DNA from: an uncultured Collinsella sp.
GTDB lineage: Bacteria; Actinomycetota; Coriobacteriia; Coriobacteriales; Coriobacteriaceae
Length of the DNA stretch: 39,186 nucleotides
NCBI GenBank assembly: GCA_900549275.1
Contig: URNU01000001.1
Coordinates: forward strand, 1 to 39,186
Direction: 5' to 3'
Below, in pieces: positions 8,292 through 17,118 of this stretch (its first letter is position 1; each line of letters begins with the position of its first letter). The notes under the pieces were generated by a model. That model saw only the letters and a program-made list of their open reading frames with translations. It had not been told where the DNA came from and made no database searches. The position numbers were made by a program, and so were the translations under genes.

Positions 8292-10289
8292 CTATTGCAG
8301 GTCCAGCTGGTCCAGGTATTCCTTGCCGTGCTCCGAGATATGGCGCTTGCGGCCCGCCTCGTCGTTGCCCAGCAACAGGTTGAACATGGTCTCCATCTTG
8401 GTGACGTCCTCGGGCTCCACTTTGATCAGGCGACGCGTCTCGGGGTTCATGGTGGTGAGCCACATCATGTCCGGATCGTTCTCACCAAGACCCTTGGAGC
8501 GGTTGATGGAACACTTCTGGTCGCCGATTTCCTTGAGGATGCCGTTTTTCTCGAGCTCGGTGTAGGCAAAGTAGGTCTTTTCTTTGCAGTTGATCTCGTA
8601 GAGCGGCGACTCGGCGATATACACGTAGCCCTCGTCGATAAGCGTGGGCACCAGGCGATAGAGCATGGTGAGCACGAGCGTGCGGATGTGATAACCGTCG
8701 ACGTCGGCGTCTGTACAGATGATGACCTTGTTCCAGTTGAGGTTGTCCAGGTCAAAGGCGCCCAGGTTCTTGATGCGCTTGTCCTTGATCTCCACGCCGC
8801 AGCCCAGCACGCGCATGAGGTCCATGATGATGTCGGACTTAAAGATGCGCGGATAGTCCTCCTTCAGGCAGTTGAGGATCTTGCCGCGGACGGGCATAAC
8901 GCCCTGGAACTCGGCATCGCGCGAGGTGCGAATGGCGCCTGCTGCCGAGTCGCCCTCTACGATGTAGATCTCGCGACGGCTCTTGTCCTTGGAGCGGCAG
9001 TCGATGAACTTCTGCACGCGGTTGGCCATGTCGGTCTTCTGCTGCAGGTTGGTCTTGATGCTCTGGCGCGTCTTCTCGGCGTTCTCGCGCGAGCGCTTGT
9101 TGATGAGCACCTGCTCCATGATCTTGTTGGCGGCGTCTTTGTTCTCGATCAGGTAGGTCGAGAGGCGCTCCTTAAAGAAGGCCGTCATAGCCTGCTGGAT
9201 AAAGCGGTTATTAATAGCCTTCTTGGTTTGGTTCTCGTAGGACGTTTGGGTGGAGAAGCAGTTGGTTACCAGCACCAGGCAGTCTTGGACGTCTTGCCAC
9301 TTAATGCCGCTCTCGTTTTTGTTGTACTTGCCCTGCTGCTTAACGTAGGCATCGATGGCGCTGGTCAGAGCGCTACGAGCTGCCTTCTCGGGCGAGCCGC
9401 CGTTCTCGAGCCACGACGAGTTGTGGTAGTACTCCTGCATCATGAAGGTGCGCGAGAAGCACATGCACGCGGTGATCTTTACGTTGTAGTCGGGCAGGTC
9501 CTCGCGGTCGCGACCGCGACGGTCGGCCTCGATAAAGAAAGGCTCGGTAAGGTAATCGGTACCGACCTTCTCGAGCACGTAGTCCTCGATGCCCTTGGGA
9601 TAGCAGAAGTCCTCTTCGGTAAATTCGCCATCGTCGCCCTCAATACGCAGGCGGAAGGTCACGTTGGCGTTGACCACGGCCTGGCGGCGCATGGTCTCGC
9701 GATACCACTCGTGGGGAATGCTGATCGAGGTAAAGACCTCAAGATCGGGACGCCACTTGATGGTGGTGCCGGTGCGTTCCTCGTCGCTGGGCTCAATCTC
9801 GAGTGCCTTCTTTTTGGCGCCGACGACCTTGCCCTTCTTAAAGTGCAGGGAGTACTTGTTGCCGTCGCGCCAAACCGTGACATCCATGTATTCGGAGGCG
9901 TACTGGGTTGCGCATGAGCCCAGGCCGTTGGTGCCGAGCGAGAAGTCGTAGTCGCCGCCCTGGTTATTGTTGTATTTGCCGCCGGCGTAGAGCTCGCAAA
10001 AGACGAGTTCCCAGTTAAAGCGCTTCTCGGAGGGGTTCCAGTCGAGCGGGCAGCCGCGGCCGTTGTCCTCTACCTGAATGGAACCATCGCGAAAGGCGGT
10101 AAGGGTGATGAGCTTGCCGTAGCCCTGGCGCGCCTCGTCAACGGCGTTGGACAGGATCTCGAAGGCGGCATGCGCGCAGCCGTCGAGTCCGTCCGAGCCA
10201 AAGATGACGGCGGGGCGCAGGCGTACGCGCTCCTCGTCCTTGAGCTGGCGGATACTGTCGTTACCATAGTTTGCGGTGTTTTTTGCCAT
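8292..10289 (-). CDS. parE: Type IIA topoisomerase subunit B (Topo IV-like)
   Basis: GHKL motifs EILSNAVDE and DNGRG; TOPRIM EGDSA, PVRGKILN, DADVDG; SKGLGE. Confidence 0.85.
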   Translation of the reverse strand: MAKNTANYGNDSIRQLKDEERVRLRPAVIFGSDGLDGCAHAAFEILSNAVDEARQGYGKLITLTAFRDGSIQVEDNGRGCPLDWNPSEKRFNWELVFCELYAGGKYNNNQGGDYDFSLGTNGLGSCATQYASEYMDVTVWRDGNKYSLHFKKGKVVGAKKKALEIEPSDEERTGTTIKWRPDLEVFTSISIPHEWYRETMRRQAVVNANVTFRLRIEGDDGEFTEEDFCYPKGIEDYVLEKVGTDYLTEPFFIEADRRGRDREDLPDYNVKITACMCFSRTFMMQEYYHNSSWLENGGSPEKAARSALTSAIDAYVKQQGKYNKNESGIKWQDVQDCLVLVTNCFSTQTSYENQTKKAINNRFIQQAMTAFFKERLSTYLIENKDAANKIMEQVLINKRSRENAEKTRQSIKTNLQQKTDMANRVQKFIDCRSKDKSRREIYIVEGDSAAGAIRTSRDAEFQGVMPVRGKILNCLKEDYPRIFKSDIIMDLMRVLGCGVEIKDKRIKNLGAFDLDNLNWNKVIICTDADVDGYHIRTLVLTMLYRLVPTLIDEGYVYIAESPLYEINCKEKTYFAYTELEKNGILKEIGDQKCSINRSKGLGENDPDMMWLTTMNPETRRLIKVEPEDVTKMETMFNLLLGNDEAGRKRHISEHGKEYLDQLDLQ

Positions 10290-10343
10290 ACTCGCTCTCT
10301 CGGTGCTCCTTTGCTGCGTTTAAGTCATATAGATAGTCAAGGT

Positions 10344-10372
10344 AGCATAGCCCAGCCCACAGACGATTCCAA
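10344..10372 (-). promoter_or_regulatory. Putative promoter of parE-parC
   Basis: TTGGAA-17 nt-TATGCT on the minus strand. Confidence 0.5.
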
Positions 10373-10387
10373 CCAACACGAAATCCA

Positions 10388-10403
10388 TCGAACAATCGTT
10401 CGA
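10388..10403. promoter_or_regulatory. LexA (SOS) box
   Basis: TCGAAC-AATC-GTTCGA matches the actinobacterial consensus TCGAAC-N4-GTTCGA. Confidence 0.7.
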
Positions 10404-10518
10404 GCTTAGGTTGAAAAGAGCTCACTCGCACAAAACCGAGTCGGTTCTGCTCGATTAAGTTTGAATAGCGAACCGAAGTTGTAATGTCCGCATGGCGATG
10501 ACGAACATGGTTTCCATA

Positions 10519-10590
10519 ATGACAGATATAGTTGACATCTTTTGATGGTTGCAATATATTTCTGTCATGTTGCAACGGATATCTGTCCAT
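10519..10590 (+). promoter_or_regulatory. Promoter with three imperfect palindromic operators
   Basis: TTGACA(10532)-17 nt-TATATT(10555) overlapped by ATGACAGATATAGTTGACAT and tandem GTTGCAA...TCTGTC repeats. Confidence 0.65.
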
Positions 10591-10608
10591 TACTACGAAA
10601 GGAACTCC

Positions 10609-10839
10609 ATGCCGGGCAAAAAGAACCTCCGCATGAAGGCGGCGCGCGCGGCGGCTGGCCTTTCGCAAGCCGACTTGGCCCAGGCCGTGGGCGTTACGCG
10701 CCAGACTATCGGCCTAATCGAGGCGGGCGGCTATAACCCCACGCTTAATTTATGTGTGGCGATCTGCAAAGCGCTACGCGTTACGTTGAACGATTTGTTT
10801 TGGGAAGACGGGATCGACGTCGACCCTAACGCTCTTTAG
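10609..10839 (+). CDS. XRE/Cro-CI family HTH regulator
   Basis: LSQADLAQAVGVTRQTIGLIEAGGYNPT; AAGGA RBS before ATG 10609. Confidence 0.92.
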   Translation: MPGKKNLRMKAARAAAGLSQADLAQAVGVTRQTIGLIEAGGYNPTLNLCVAICKALRVTLNDLFWEDGIDVDPNAL

Positions 10840-10848
10840 GAGTCCACT

Positions 10849-11433
10849 ATGAAATTTGAAGATCTGAAACTCGTGCAAAAGTGGCGTGAATATGCCGGCC
10901 CAAAGGATGAGCGCCTGGAGGCTGAGAGCGCGAAGATCTACAAGATTGGTTTCGTGCTGCTTTCGTTTGGCATGTTGATGATCTTTTTCTACCAGTTTAT
11001 AGCTCGACAGGTTGCGTGGGTTCACAGCGACGCCAGTGAAATGCCGCATGGCTTTGCAACGCCGTTCGAGGCAGCCATGTATTTGTGGCTCGTTCTCGTG
11101 ATGTTGATTTGCGCAGGACTGCAAACGCGGAAGGGCTATGTCGATACTAATCGTTTTGGGCAAACCGAGCATCTTCCTGTTGGATATTTCCTGCTTGTCA
11201 GCGGTCTTAGCGGCGCCGCGTTCGCGCTTGTTATTGCCGCAATGCGCTGTATCGCTGAGGCGCAGATCGTACCGCTCGAAAGCGTCTTTTGGTTGGCGAA
11301 CCTGGCCACGGGCGTGTTCTGCGGTGCGACGATTTTCGCGGCCACGTTTGCTGCCCTGTGCGCAACGTTTTTCACGGCGAAAAGACGCCGTGCCAAGCTC
11401 GAGGCAGAACTCGACTCCTCTGACGACATCTAA
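10849..11433 (+). CDS. Four-TM membrane protein (DUF6773-like)
   Basis: KDERLE motif then four hydrophobic segments; AGGAG RBS; typical partner of small XRE genes. Confidence 0.75.
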   Translation: MKFEDLKLVQKWREYAGPKDERLEAESAKIYKIGFVLLSFGMLMIFFYQFIARQVAWVHSDASEMPHGFATPFEAAMYLWLVLVMLICAGLQTRKGYVDTNRFGQTEHLPVGYFLLVSGLSGAAFALVIAAMRCIAEAQIVPLESVFWLANLATGVFCGATIFAATFAALCATFFTAKRRRAKLEAELDSSDDI

Positions 11434-11438
11434 TGTGT

Positions 11439-11474
11439 AATGGGCTGGCTCTGGGTATCCAGAACCAGCCCATT
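11439..11474. terminator. Hairpin between convergent genes
   Basis: AATGGGCTGG-c-TCTGG...CCAGA-a-CCAGCCCATT. Confidence 0.75.
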
Positions 11475-11522
11475 TGATGTTCGATGAGCCGAGTCGGCGT
11501 CTCTCACAAAAGTAACTAGGAG

Positions 11523-14500
11523 CTAGCGAGGCCTATCCGAATTGACCTCATTGGCGGTGTCGGCTTCGAGCGCCGTGCGGCGGGCGCTGTAGGCGATAAG
11601 GCCGGCGCCTGCCGCGGCGAGTGCTGCAGCGGCTGCCGTAAGGGGAGCGTTGACATCGCCCGTGCCCGCAAGCGCGCCCGCTTTTCCGGAGCGCTTGTTA
11701 TTGCCGTGGTCCTTGCCACTGCCGGAGCTGCTTCCGCCGGAGCCGCCGCCCTTGTCAGTACCGCCGCCACTCGAGCCACCATCGCCGTCTGCTGTCATCG
11801 GGGCGTCGTGAAGTCCTATCGTATCCGCGCTGCCGCATACGCCGACCTGAACTTCCGAGCGCTCGCATGCTGCGTCGGGCACATGAAGTTCGTGCAGCAC
11901 GGCACCCAGCGCCGAGTTTGCGCCCGGTCGAATTTCCTCGAGCGTTACAGGATCGAGCGCCACCAGATTACGCGCCTTCGCATACAGCGTTACGCGTTTG
12001 CCCACTTCGTCGCTCCAACTCTCGGGAATGGCGAAGCTCATGCGGAACTGTGCCGTGCAACCCGGTGCCAGCACGGCGTTGCCGTTGTCGGCTACCAGCG
12101 GGTGCGTTGCAAAACGTGCGCCCAGCGTCTCGAGCGCGTACTTCACGTGTGCCATGTCGTTGGCCGAAGCGTCCTTGGCAAGCTCTGGATCGTAGATCGA
12201 AGCCATGCGTGCGTTCACTCCGAATCCGATGGATGCGCTGGAGAACGGCTGGCTGGAACCCTCTCGGTACAGATCGATCGTGCCGGCGGTCAGCAAGGTG
12301 TTGCCGTCGTTTCGCACCGTGACCATGAAGGATTCGCCTGCCGCTCCGGGCACCACCGCGCCCGAGGTAGCAACGGCGCCCGTCGGAGTAGCACACGCCA
12401 CCAGGGGCACTTCGATGCCGCGCAGCTCTGCCTCGCTCTTCTCCGCGCTCACAATGTGCGTGGCGAGCGCGGAGAGCATACCTCCCGATGTCAAAAATGT
12501 CGTTATCTGATCGATGGGATGGTCCAGCTCGCACATCACGAACGGCTCCGTGAACAGATCGCCTGCCAAGGCGCTGGCGAAGATGCGGAAGTGCTTGCCC
12601 ATCACTGCTATCGGGTTGCCTTCTTCGTCGTAGGTTTGCCCCACCTTGCCATCGGTGTTCTCTACGTACATCACGCACCGGCCGTTGTTGCTTGCGCTAA
12701 ACGATGCCGGGCCACAGCCTGCGGCACCCACGGGCTGCGTTGCAAATGCCGATGCGCCTCGCGTCCAAGTAATATGCTGCAGTTGCTCGTTGACGGTTGC
12801 CAAAAAGCCCGAATGTTGTGGCCACGGCACCGCGTGGGGTACTGTGGCATCTGGTAGCATAACGCCCCAACCCGCGATGGACTGGCCGATCACGGCATAC
12901 GATGCGCAGCCACAACCGTTTGCAGTTTCGTATGCAACGGGCACCACCATTTTGCCGTTGATATTCTCGGGTACGCCCAGCTCGATGCTCGATGGCGCTT
13001 GCGGAAAGCGGAGGACCTGACGGAACGTGAGGCTGTCGCCCAAATCATCCGACCACAGGGTGAAGCACTCCAGCGCAACCTCAGCCTCGCTGCCGATCGC
13101 CTTTTCCGCGGTGGTTCCGCGGCGGTGGAGGTAAGCGCCCGACAGGCGCCCGTCGACCAGCGTCTTGCCCACCGTGATGCGTGGACACTGCAGACAATGG
13201 TGGCCATCCTCCTGAAGGCGGCCGCGCGAGATGCTGCGCCACGACGTGTGCGACATCACGCGAACTCCGTCGTTGCTTATGCGCAGGCGCACAACGGACA
13301 GTATGCCGGCTGTGCTTGCCGTATCGAAAAGGGTGTTGTCGCCGTCGGGGCGCTCGCCCGAGACCAGCAGCACGTAAGCGTCCTGGTTTTCTCTTCCGTC
13401 CGTATATTCCACTACGTCGAAGTCGTAATCGAATATGCCGTCGCGCTCCACGTCGCCCTCGCCAAAGCCAAGGGGGAAGTCCACGGGCGCGGGGGCAGAC
13501 CACGTGCCGTTTGCCTTTGTGTGCACCACCAGGCGCGAGCGGCCATTGTCGCCGTAGCGCACCGAGGCGATACGGAACAGGCATTCTACGCCGGCGATCA
13601 TTGCCAGCTTCATGTGAGCTTCGCTGAGCACGCCGGAAAACAGCACGTTGCCGCTCGAGGGCTTGATGCCGCCACGCTCGTCCTCCGATACATCAGCAGA
13701 ATTGGCGTTGGGGTCCGCAACAGCGTTCGTCGCCTGCCCGATATGGGTGTACGCATACATCGGCGCGGCGTTTTCGTCGTCCTCTATCAGTGCATGGACG
13801 AAATGCTCGATTTGTCCCGTGTCGTCGCTTTCTGCATCCGCCTCGAGCTCAATGCGCGTGACCGCTTGATCCCAATCGCGCACGACAGGCGCGACGTTTA
13901 TCGCGGTGGCTGCAACCTCGGCGCGTGCGAGTAGCTCGGCGTTGGTGACGATGGTGGCCGATGCGATAAATTGCGGCACGCCGCCCGCCTCGATGTTGCC
14001 GGGCGTGCCGAAGCAGGCATCCAGCGTGTAAGGCGTATCCCCACCCAATGCGAGCTCAGAGCGTTGGAGCACATACTGGTTGCCATTGTTCACCGACATA
14101 TTCCACGAATCGAGGAGTGTGGGCCACGACCCCGACCAAGCCTTGGTGGTCCACTTGAACATTACAAACTGGAGTATCACATCGACATCGACGTCTGCAC
14201 CTACGCGCAGCCGCGGAAGCTGGTGTCCATCTGCCTTCTCGTACCCAATGAACAGCGTGAGGGATGCGGCGCCGCGCACGGCAGACGAAGCGACGCCTGC
14301 AACGCCGGCGCCAAAGGTGACGGCAAGCCCGATCTGGATGGTGAACGAGCCCGAGGTGTTTGAATAGTCGAGCGAAATGTTTTTAAAAAACGCCGCGCCG
14401 CTGCCGTGTGTGTGGGCGCCCACGGCGAGCGCCAGTTTTGCCAGCACCCAGGGGTTGACGTTTAGGAAAAACGGCACCGGCCCCAAGGTGAACTGTTCGG

Positions 14501-15890
14501 TCCAATTGAGGTCGGTTCTTACTTGGAAGAGTGCCTTAATATTGCCGTATGCGGGGTCGTTGTTGCTGCCCCAGGTTTTGCCCACCCAATCGTAGGCGAG
14601 CGAGCCGTACAGCTGTGTGGCGATATCCATCGTGAACAGCGGCGTGCAATGGTGGCGAAGGAGCTTAGTGTTTCTTGGATCGGTGCCCGAACCGGCACTC
14701 ATACTCTTGTACTGATTCCACTTCCCCTCCATCTCGTCGAGGTAGCGGTTTGCCTGCTTGGCGCCCGACTCGCGCGGCGATTTCTTCCAGTACTCTGGAT
14801 CCGGATTGCCTGAATCGTTCATGTAGCCGATCGGTTTGTATCCTCCGCCAAACAGCACGTACCCGGCAAACGAGAAATCGAACAAAATGGGGAACGAGGG
14901 CATCCAACACGTGAACTTATTGCCGCCGATGCCGGGAAACGCCGCCGGAAAATCAAACGGAGTGATCTCTTGGTCCATGGTAGTGGGAATGATGGTGGTC
15001 GAACCCGATTCTGCCTTTGCGGCCGGCGCGGTGACAACGGCCATGGGGGAGGAGAGTGTATAGGTTTTGCCCTGATAGTCGAGGACAAAGCTCAGCTTGT
15101 ATCCTTCCTCCAGAAGGTTTGACGCTGCATCGAGGAACTTGTCTTCGAGTGTGAATGTCGCCAGATTATTCGCGCCCGATGCGCTGGCCTTGACTTGGCC
15201 AATCTGCGTGACGGTTTCGGATGAGCTGCCCGCAGCGGGCATTACCTTGTTGATGTGCAGCGTTGCCTGTCCACCCTGTGGCAGATGTGCCTGCACGGTA
15301 AAGGCGTGCGTGTCGGGTTGGTCGTTTCCGGCGTCGTCCTTCGGCAATGCCATGAACGTAGCGTCGGCGTACTGGATGTCCCATTCGTCGAATGTGAGCT
15401 GGCGAAAGTACGGCTCGCTGTCGGAAAGCGGACGCGTTGGCGCGGTTATGGCGGTGCCACCCTGGATGCGCGCGAGGGGAATCTCGACATCGCGGTAGCC
15501 CGCCATGCTAATGGAGATGCCGCCGTTAAAGTCGTACGCGTCGAGAAGCGTTGTCTCGTCCACGTAGCCTTCCGAAAGCGGCGCGACCTCAAAGATGGCC
15601 GTGCCTTCGTCATCGGTCGTGGCGGTGAGCTGCTTGCCTGCGGCATAGCGCGATGTGAGCGTGACCTTGGCGCCTGCGATGGGATTCTTCTTATTAGCGA
15701 CATCGACTACCACGACGCCAAACATGGTGCGCGAGAGCACCAAGACCTTGAAGGGATCATCTTCGTCGGCATAGGCTTCGGTGGGCGCGAACGGCAATAT
15801 GAAGGCGTTTGTGCTTCCCGGCACGCGCGGCAACATAATGCTCGCCAGCGAGGACGTTCCGGCAACAAGTAGCGAACGGCGGTCAAGCAT
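11523..15890 (-). CDS. Large secreted/cell-surface protein (~1455 aa) with Tat signal and sortase-type anchor
   Basis: GGGAG RBS, MLDRRSLL...TEAYA signal, Gly/Ser linker, LAGTG + hydrophobic helix + RR tail. Confidence 0.8.
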   Translation of the reverse strand: MLDRRSLLVAGTSSLASIMLPRVPGSTNAFILPFAPTEAYADEDDPFKVLVLSRTMFGVVVVDVANKKNPIAGAKVTLTSRYAAGKQLTATTDDEGTAIFEVAPLSEGYVDETTLLDAYDFNGGISISMAGYRDVEIPLARIQGGTAITAPTRPLSDSEPYFRQLTFDEWDIQYADATFMALPKDDAGNDQPDTHAFTVQAHLPQGGQATLHINKVMPAAGSSSETVTQIGQVKASASGANNLATFTLEDKFLDAASNLLEEGYKLSFVLDYQGKTYTLSSPMAVVTAPAAKAESGSTTIIPTTMDQEITPFDFPAAFPGIGGNKFTCWMPSFPILFDFSFAGYVLFGGGYKPIGYMNDSGNPDPEYWKKSPRESGAKQANRYLDEMEGKWNQYKSMSAGSGTDPRNTKLLRHHCTPLFTMDIATQLYGSLAYDWVGKTWGSNNDPAYGNIKALFQVRTDLNWTEQFTLGPVPFFLNVNPWVLAKLALAVGAHTHGSGAAFFKNISLDYSNTSGSFTIQIGLAVTFGAGVAGVASSAVRGAASLTLFIGYEKADGHQLPRLRVGADVDVDVILQFVMFKWTTKAWSGSWPTLLDSWNMSVNNGNQYVLQRSELALGGDTPYTLDACFGTPGNIEAGGVPQFIASATIVTNAELLARAEVAATAINVAPVVRDWDQAVTRIELEADAESDDTGQIEHFVHALIEDDENAAPMYAYTHIGQATNAVADPNANSADVSEDERGGIKPSSGNVLFSGVLSEAHMKLAMIAGVECLFRIASVRYGDNGRSRLVVHTKANGTWSAPAPVDFPLGFGEGDVERDGIFDYDFDVVEYTDGRENQDAYVLLVSGERPDGDNTLFDTASTAGILSVVRLRISNDGVRVMSHTSWRSISRGRLQEDGHHCLQCPRITVGKTLVDGRLSGAYLHRRGTTAEKAIGSEAEVALECFTLWSDDLGDSLTFRQVLRFPQAPSSIELGVPENINGKMVVPVAYETANGCGCASYAVIGQSIAGWGVMLPDATVPHAVPWPQHSGFLATVNEQLQHITWTRGASAFATQPVGAAGCGPASFSASNNGRCVMYVENTDGKVGQTYDEEGNPIAVMGKHFRIFASALAGDLFTEPFVMCELDHPIDQITTFLTSGGMLSALATHIVSAEKSEAELRGIEVPLVACATPTGAVATSGAVVPGAAGESFMVTVRNDGNTLLTAGTIDLYREGSSQPFSSASIGFGVNARMASIYDPELAKDASANDMAHVKYALETLGARFATHPLVADNGNAVLAPGCTAQFRMSFAIPESWSDEVGKRVTLYAKARNLVALDPVTLEEIRPGANSALGAVLHELHVPDAACERSEVQVGVCGSADTIGLHDAPMTADGDGGSSGGGTDKGGGSGGSSSGSGKDHGNNKRSGKAGALAGTGDVNAPLTAAAAALAAAGAGLIAYSARRTALEADTANEVNSDRPR

Positions 15891-16045
15891 CTTTGGCTCC
15901 CATCCCGCAGGTATCGGTGGAAATAATCCAATTTTGCGAGAAGGCGCCACGTGGCGGTAGTGCCGTTCAAGGGTCAAAATGTCCAAATTGATCGAGCGAA
16001 GCGCCGGGTTCCGGAACGCGTTCGATGCGCTTGGCAGCCTGGTCG

Positions 16046-17020
16046 CTAACGCAACATATGCGCGACCAGCTCGGCGCGTGTGCCGATGCCAAGCTTTGCG
16101 TATACGCCGGATAGACGGTTTTTAACGGTGCCCGGCGATACTTCCATGTGGCGTGCGATTTCGGCGTTGGTCCATCCACGACAGGCGAGCATGGCCATGG
16201 TGAATTCCGTGGTCGTTAAATCGTCGGCCACGTCTTCGCCCGAATCGGGGTTGTGGATGCGCCGCCAGCCGTAGCTGAATCGATACGTAATCTCGATGAT
16301 GCGTGCGAAATCGTCAGGGTATTGCGATTTTAGGCATGCCTCGATGAGTCCCTGCAAAAGGCCGTGGTGCTCGCCAATGAGCTCGATAAGGCCGTCGGGG
16401 CGCGCAATGTTCCAAGCGGCTCCGAAGTGCGTTTTTGCGGCGTCGATGTCCTTGAGGCTCATGCATGCCATGGAAGCTGCCAGGTGCAGGAATAGTTCCG
16501 AGATCGGATAGCTTCCCTGTTTCATAATCAGGGCGTTTTCCGCCATGCCCAGGCTGCGGCCGTATTCGCCGCGCAGATACAAGGCGTGCGCCATCACGTA
16601 GCTGGCGAATAGGCGCAGACCTTCGGGCAGATGCGCCGCAAGTGGATAAAACTCTTCAGCAGAATACGGGGAAGGCAAGTGCAGCAGGACGCTCGCGGCC
16701 GAGGCGAACAGGATATGCGTGGCGTGGATGGCGGGCGATTCCTCGTCGGCCGGCGTATCGAGGATGCCAGCAAGGCACCGGCGGGCGTCGGCGATGCGGT
16801 TGAGCGACAGACTGGCGTATCCGCAGATAAAGCATGCAGAGTAGCGCAGCACGGGATCAGTGGCGTCAAGATAGGGGCGCGCCGTCTTGGCAGCGAGGGT
16901 GGCCTGTCCGCGAAAGTACAGCGCTTCTGCCGTGGCAATGGCGCGCGAATCGGGGTCGGAAATGCTTGCAACCGCAGCGTCAATCTGCCCCGGCACAAAG
17001 GCGGTGCACATCAACGGCAT
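16046..17020 (-). CDS. LuxR C-terminal HTH regulator with TPR-like helical region
   Basis: LTTTEFTMAMLACRGWTNAEIARHMEVSPGTVKNRLSGVYAKLGI; start uncertain (MPLM at 17020 assumed). Confidence 0.85.
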   Translation of the reverse strand: MPLMCTAFVPGQIDAAVASISDPDSRAIATAEALYFRGQATLAAKTARPYLDATDPVLRYSACFICGYASLSLNRIADARRCLAGILDTPADEESPAIHATHILFASAASVLLHLPSPYSAEEFYPLAAHLPEGLRLFASYVMAHALYLRGEYGRSLGMAENALIMKQGSYPISELFLHLAASMACMSLKDIDAAKTHFGAAWNIARPDGLIELIGEHHGLLQGLIEACLKSQYPDDFARIIEITYRFSYGWRRIHNPDSGEDVADDLTTTEFTMAMLACRGWTNAEIARHMEVSPGTVKNRLSGVYAKLGIGTRAELVAHMLR

Positions 17021-17118
17021 GGGAACGCGTGGGTAGCCATCGCAGTTCGTCTTCCATCTCCCAACAGCTGGCAACAATAGCAGCAATTGTACTCCTGTTG
17101 CTCGGGACCCCTTTCGTT

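Noticed and set aside
6561..9917. 1118-aa plus-strand ORF
   Set aside because: Antisense shadow of parC/parE caused by high-GC codon bias; no motifs or RBS
6006..10289. Calling the pair gyrA/gyrB
   Set aside because: No GyrA-box recognised and no dnaA/recF context; Topo IV-like preferred pending phylogeny
10469..10514. Additional weak SOS boxes (GAACCGAAGTTG, GAACATGGTTTC)
   Set aside because: Mismatched core; could be chance
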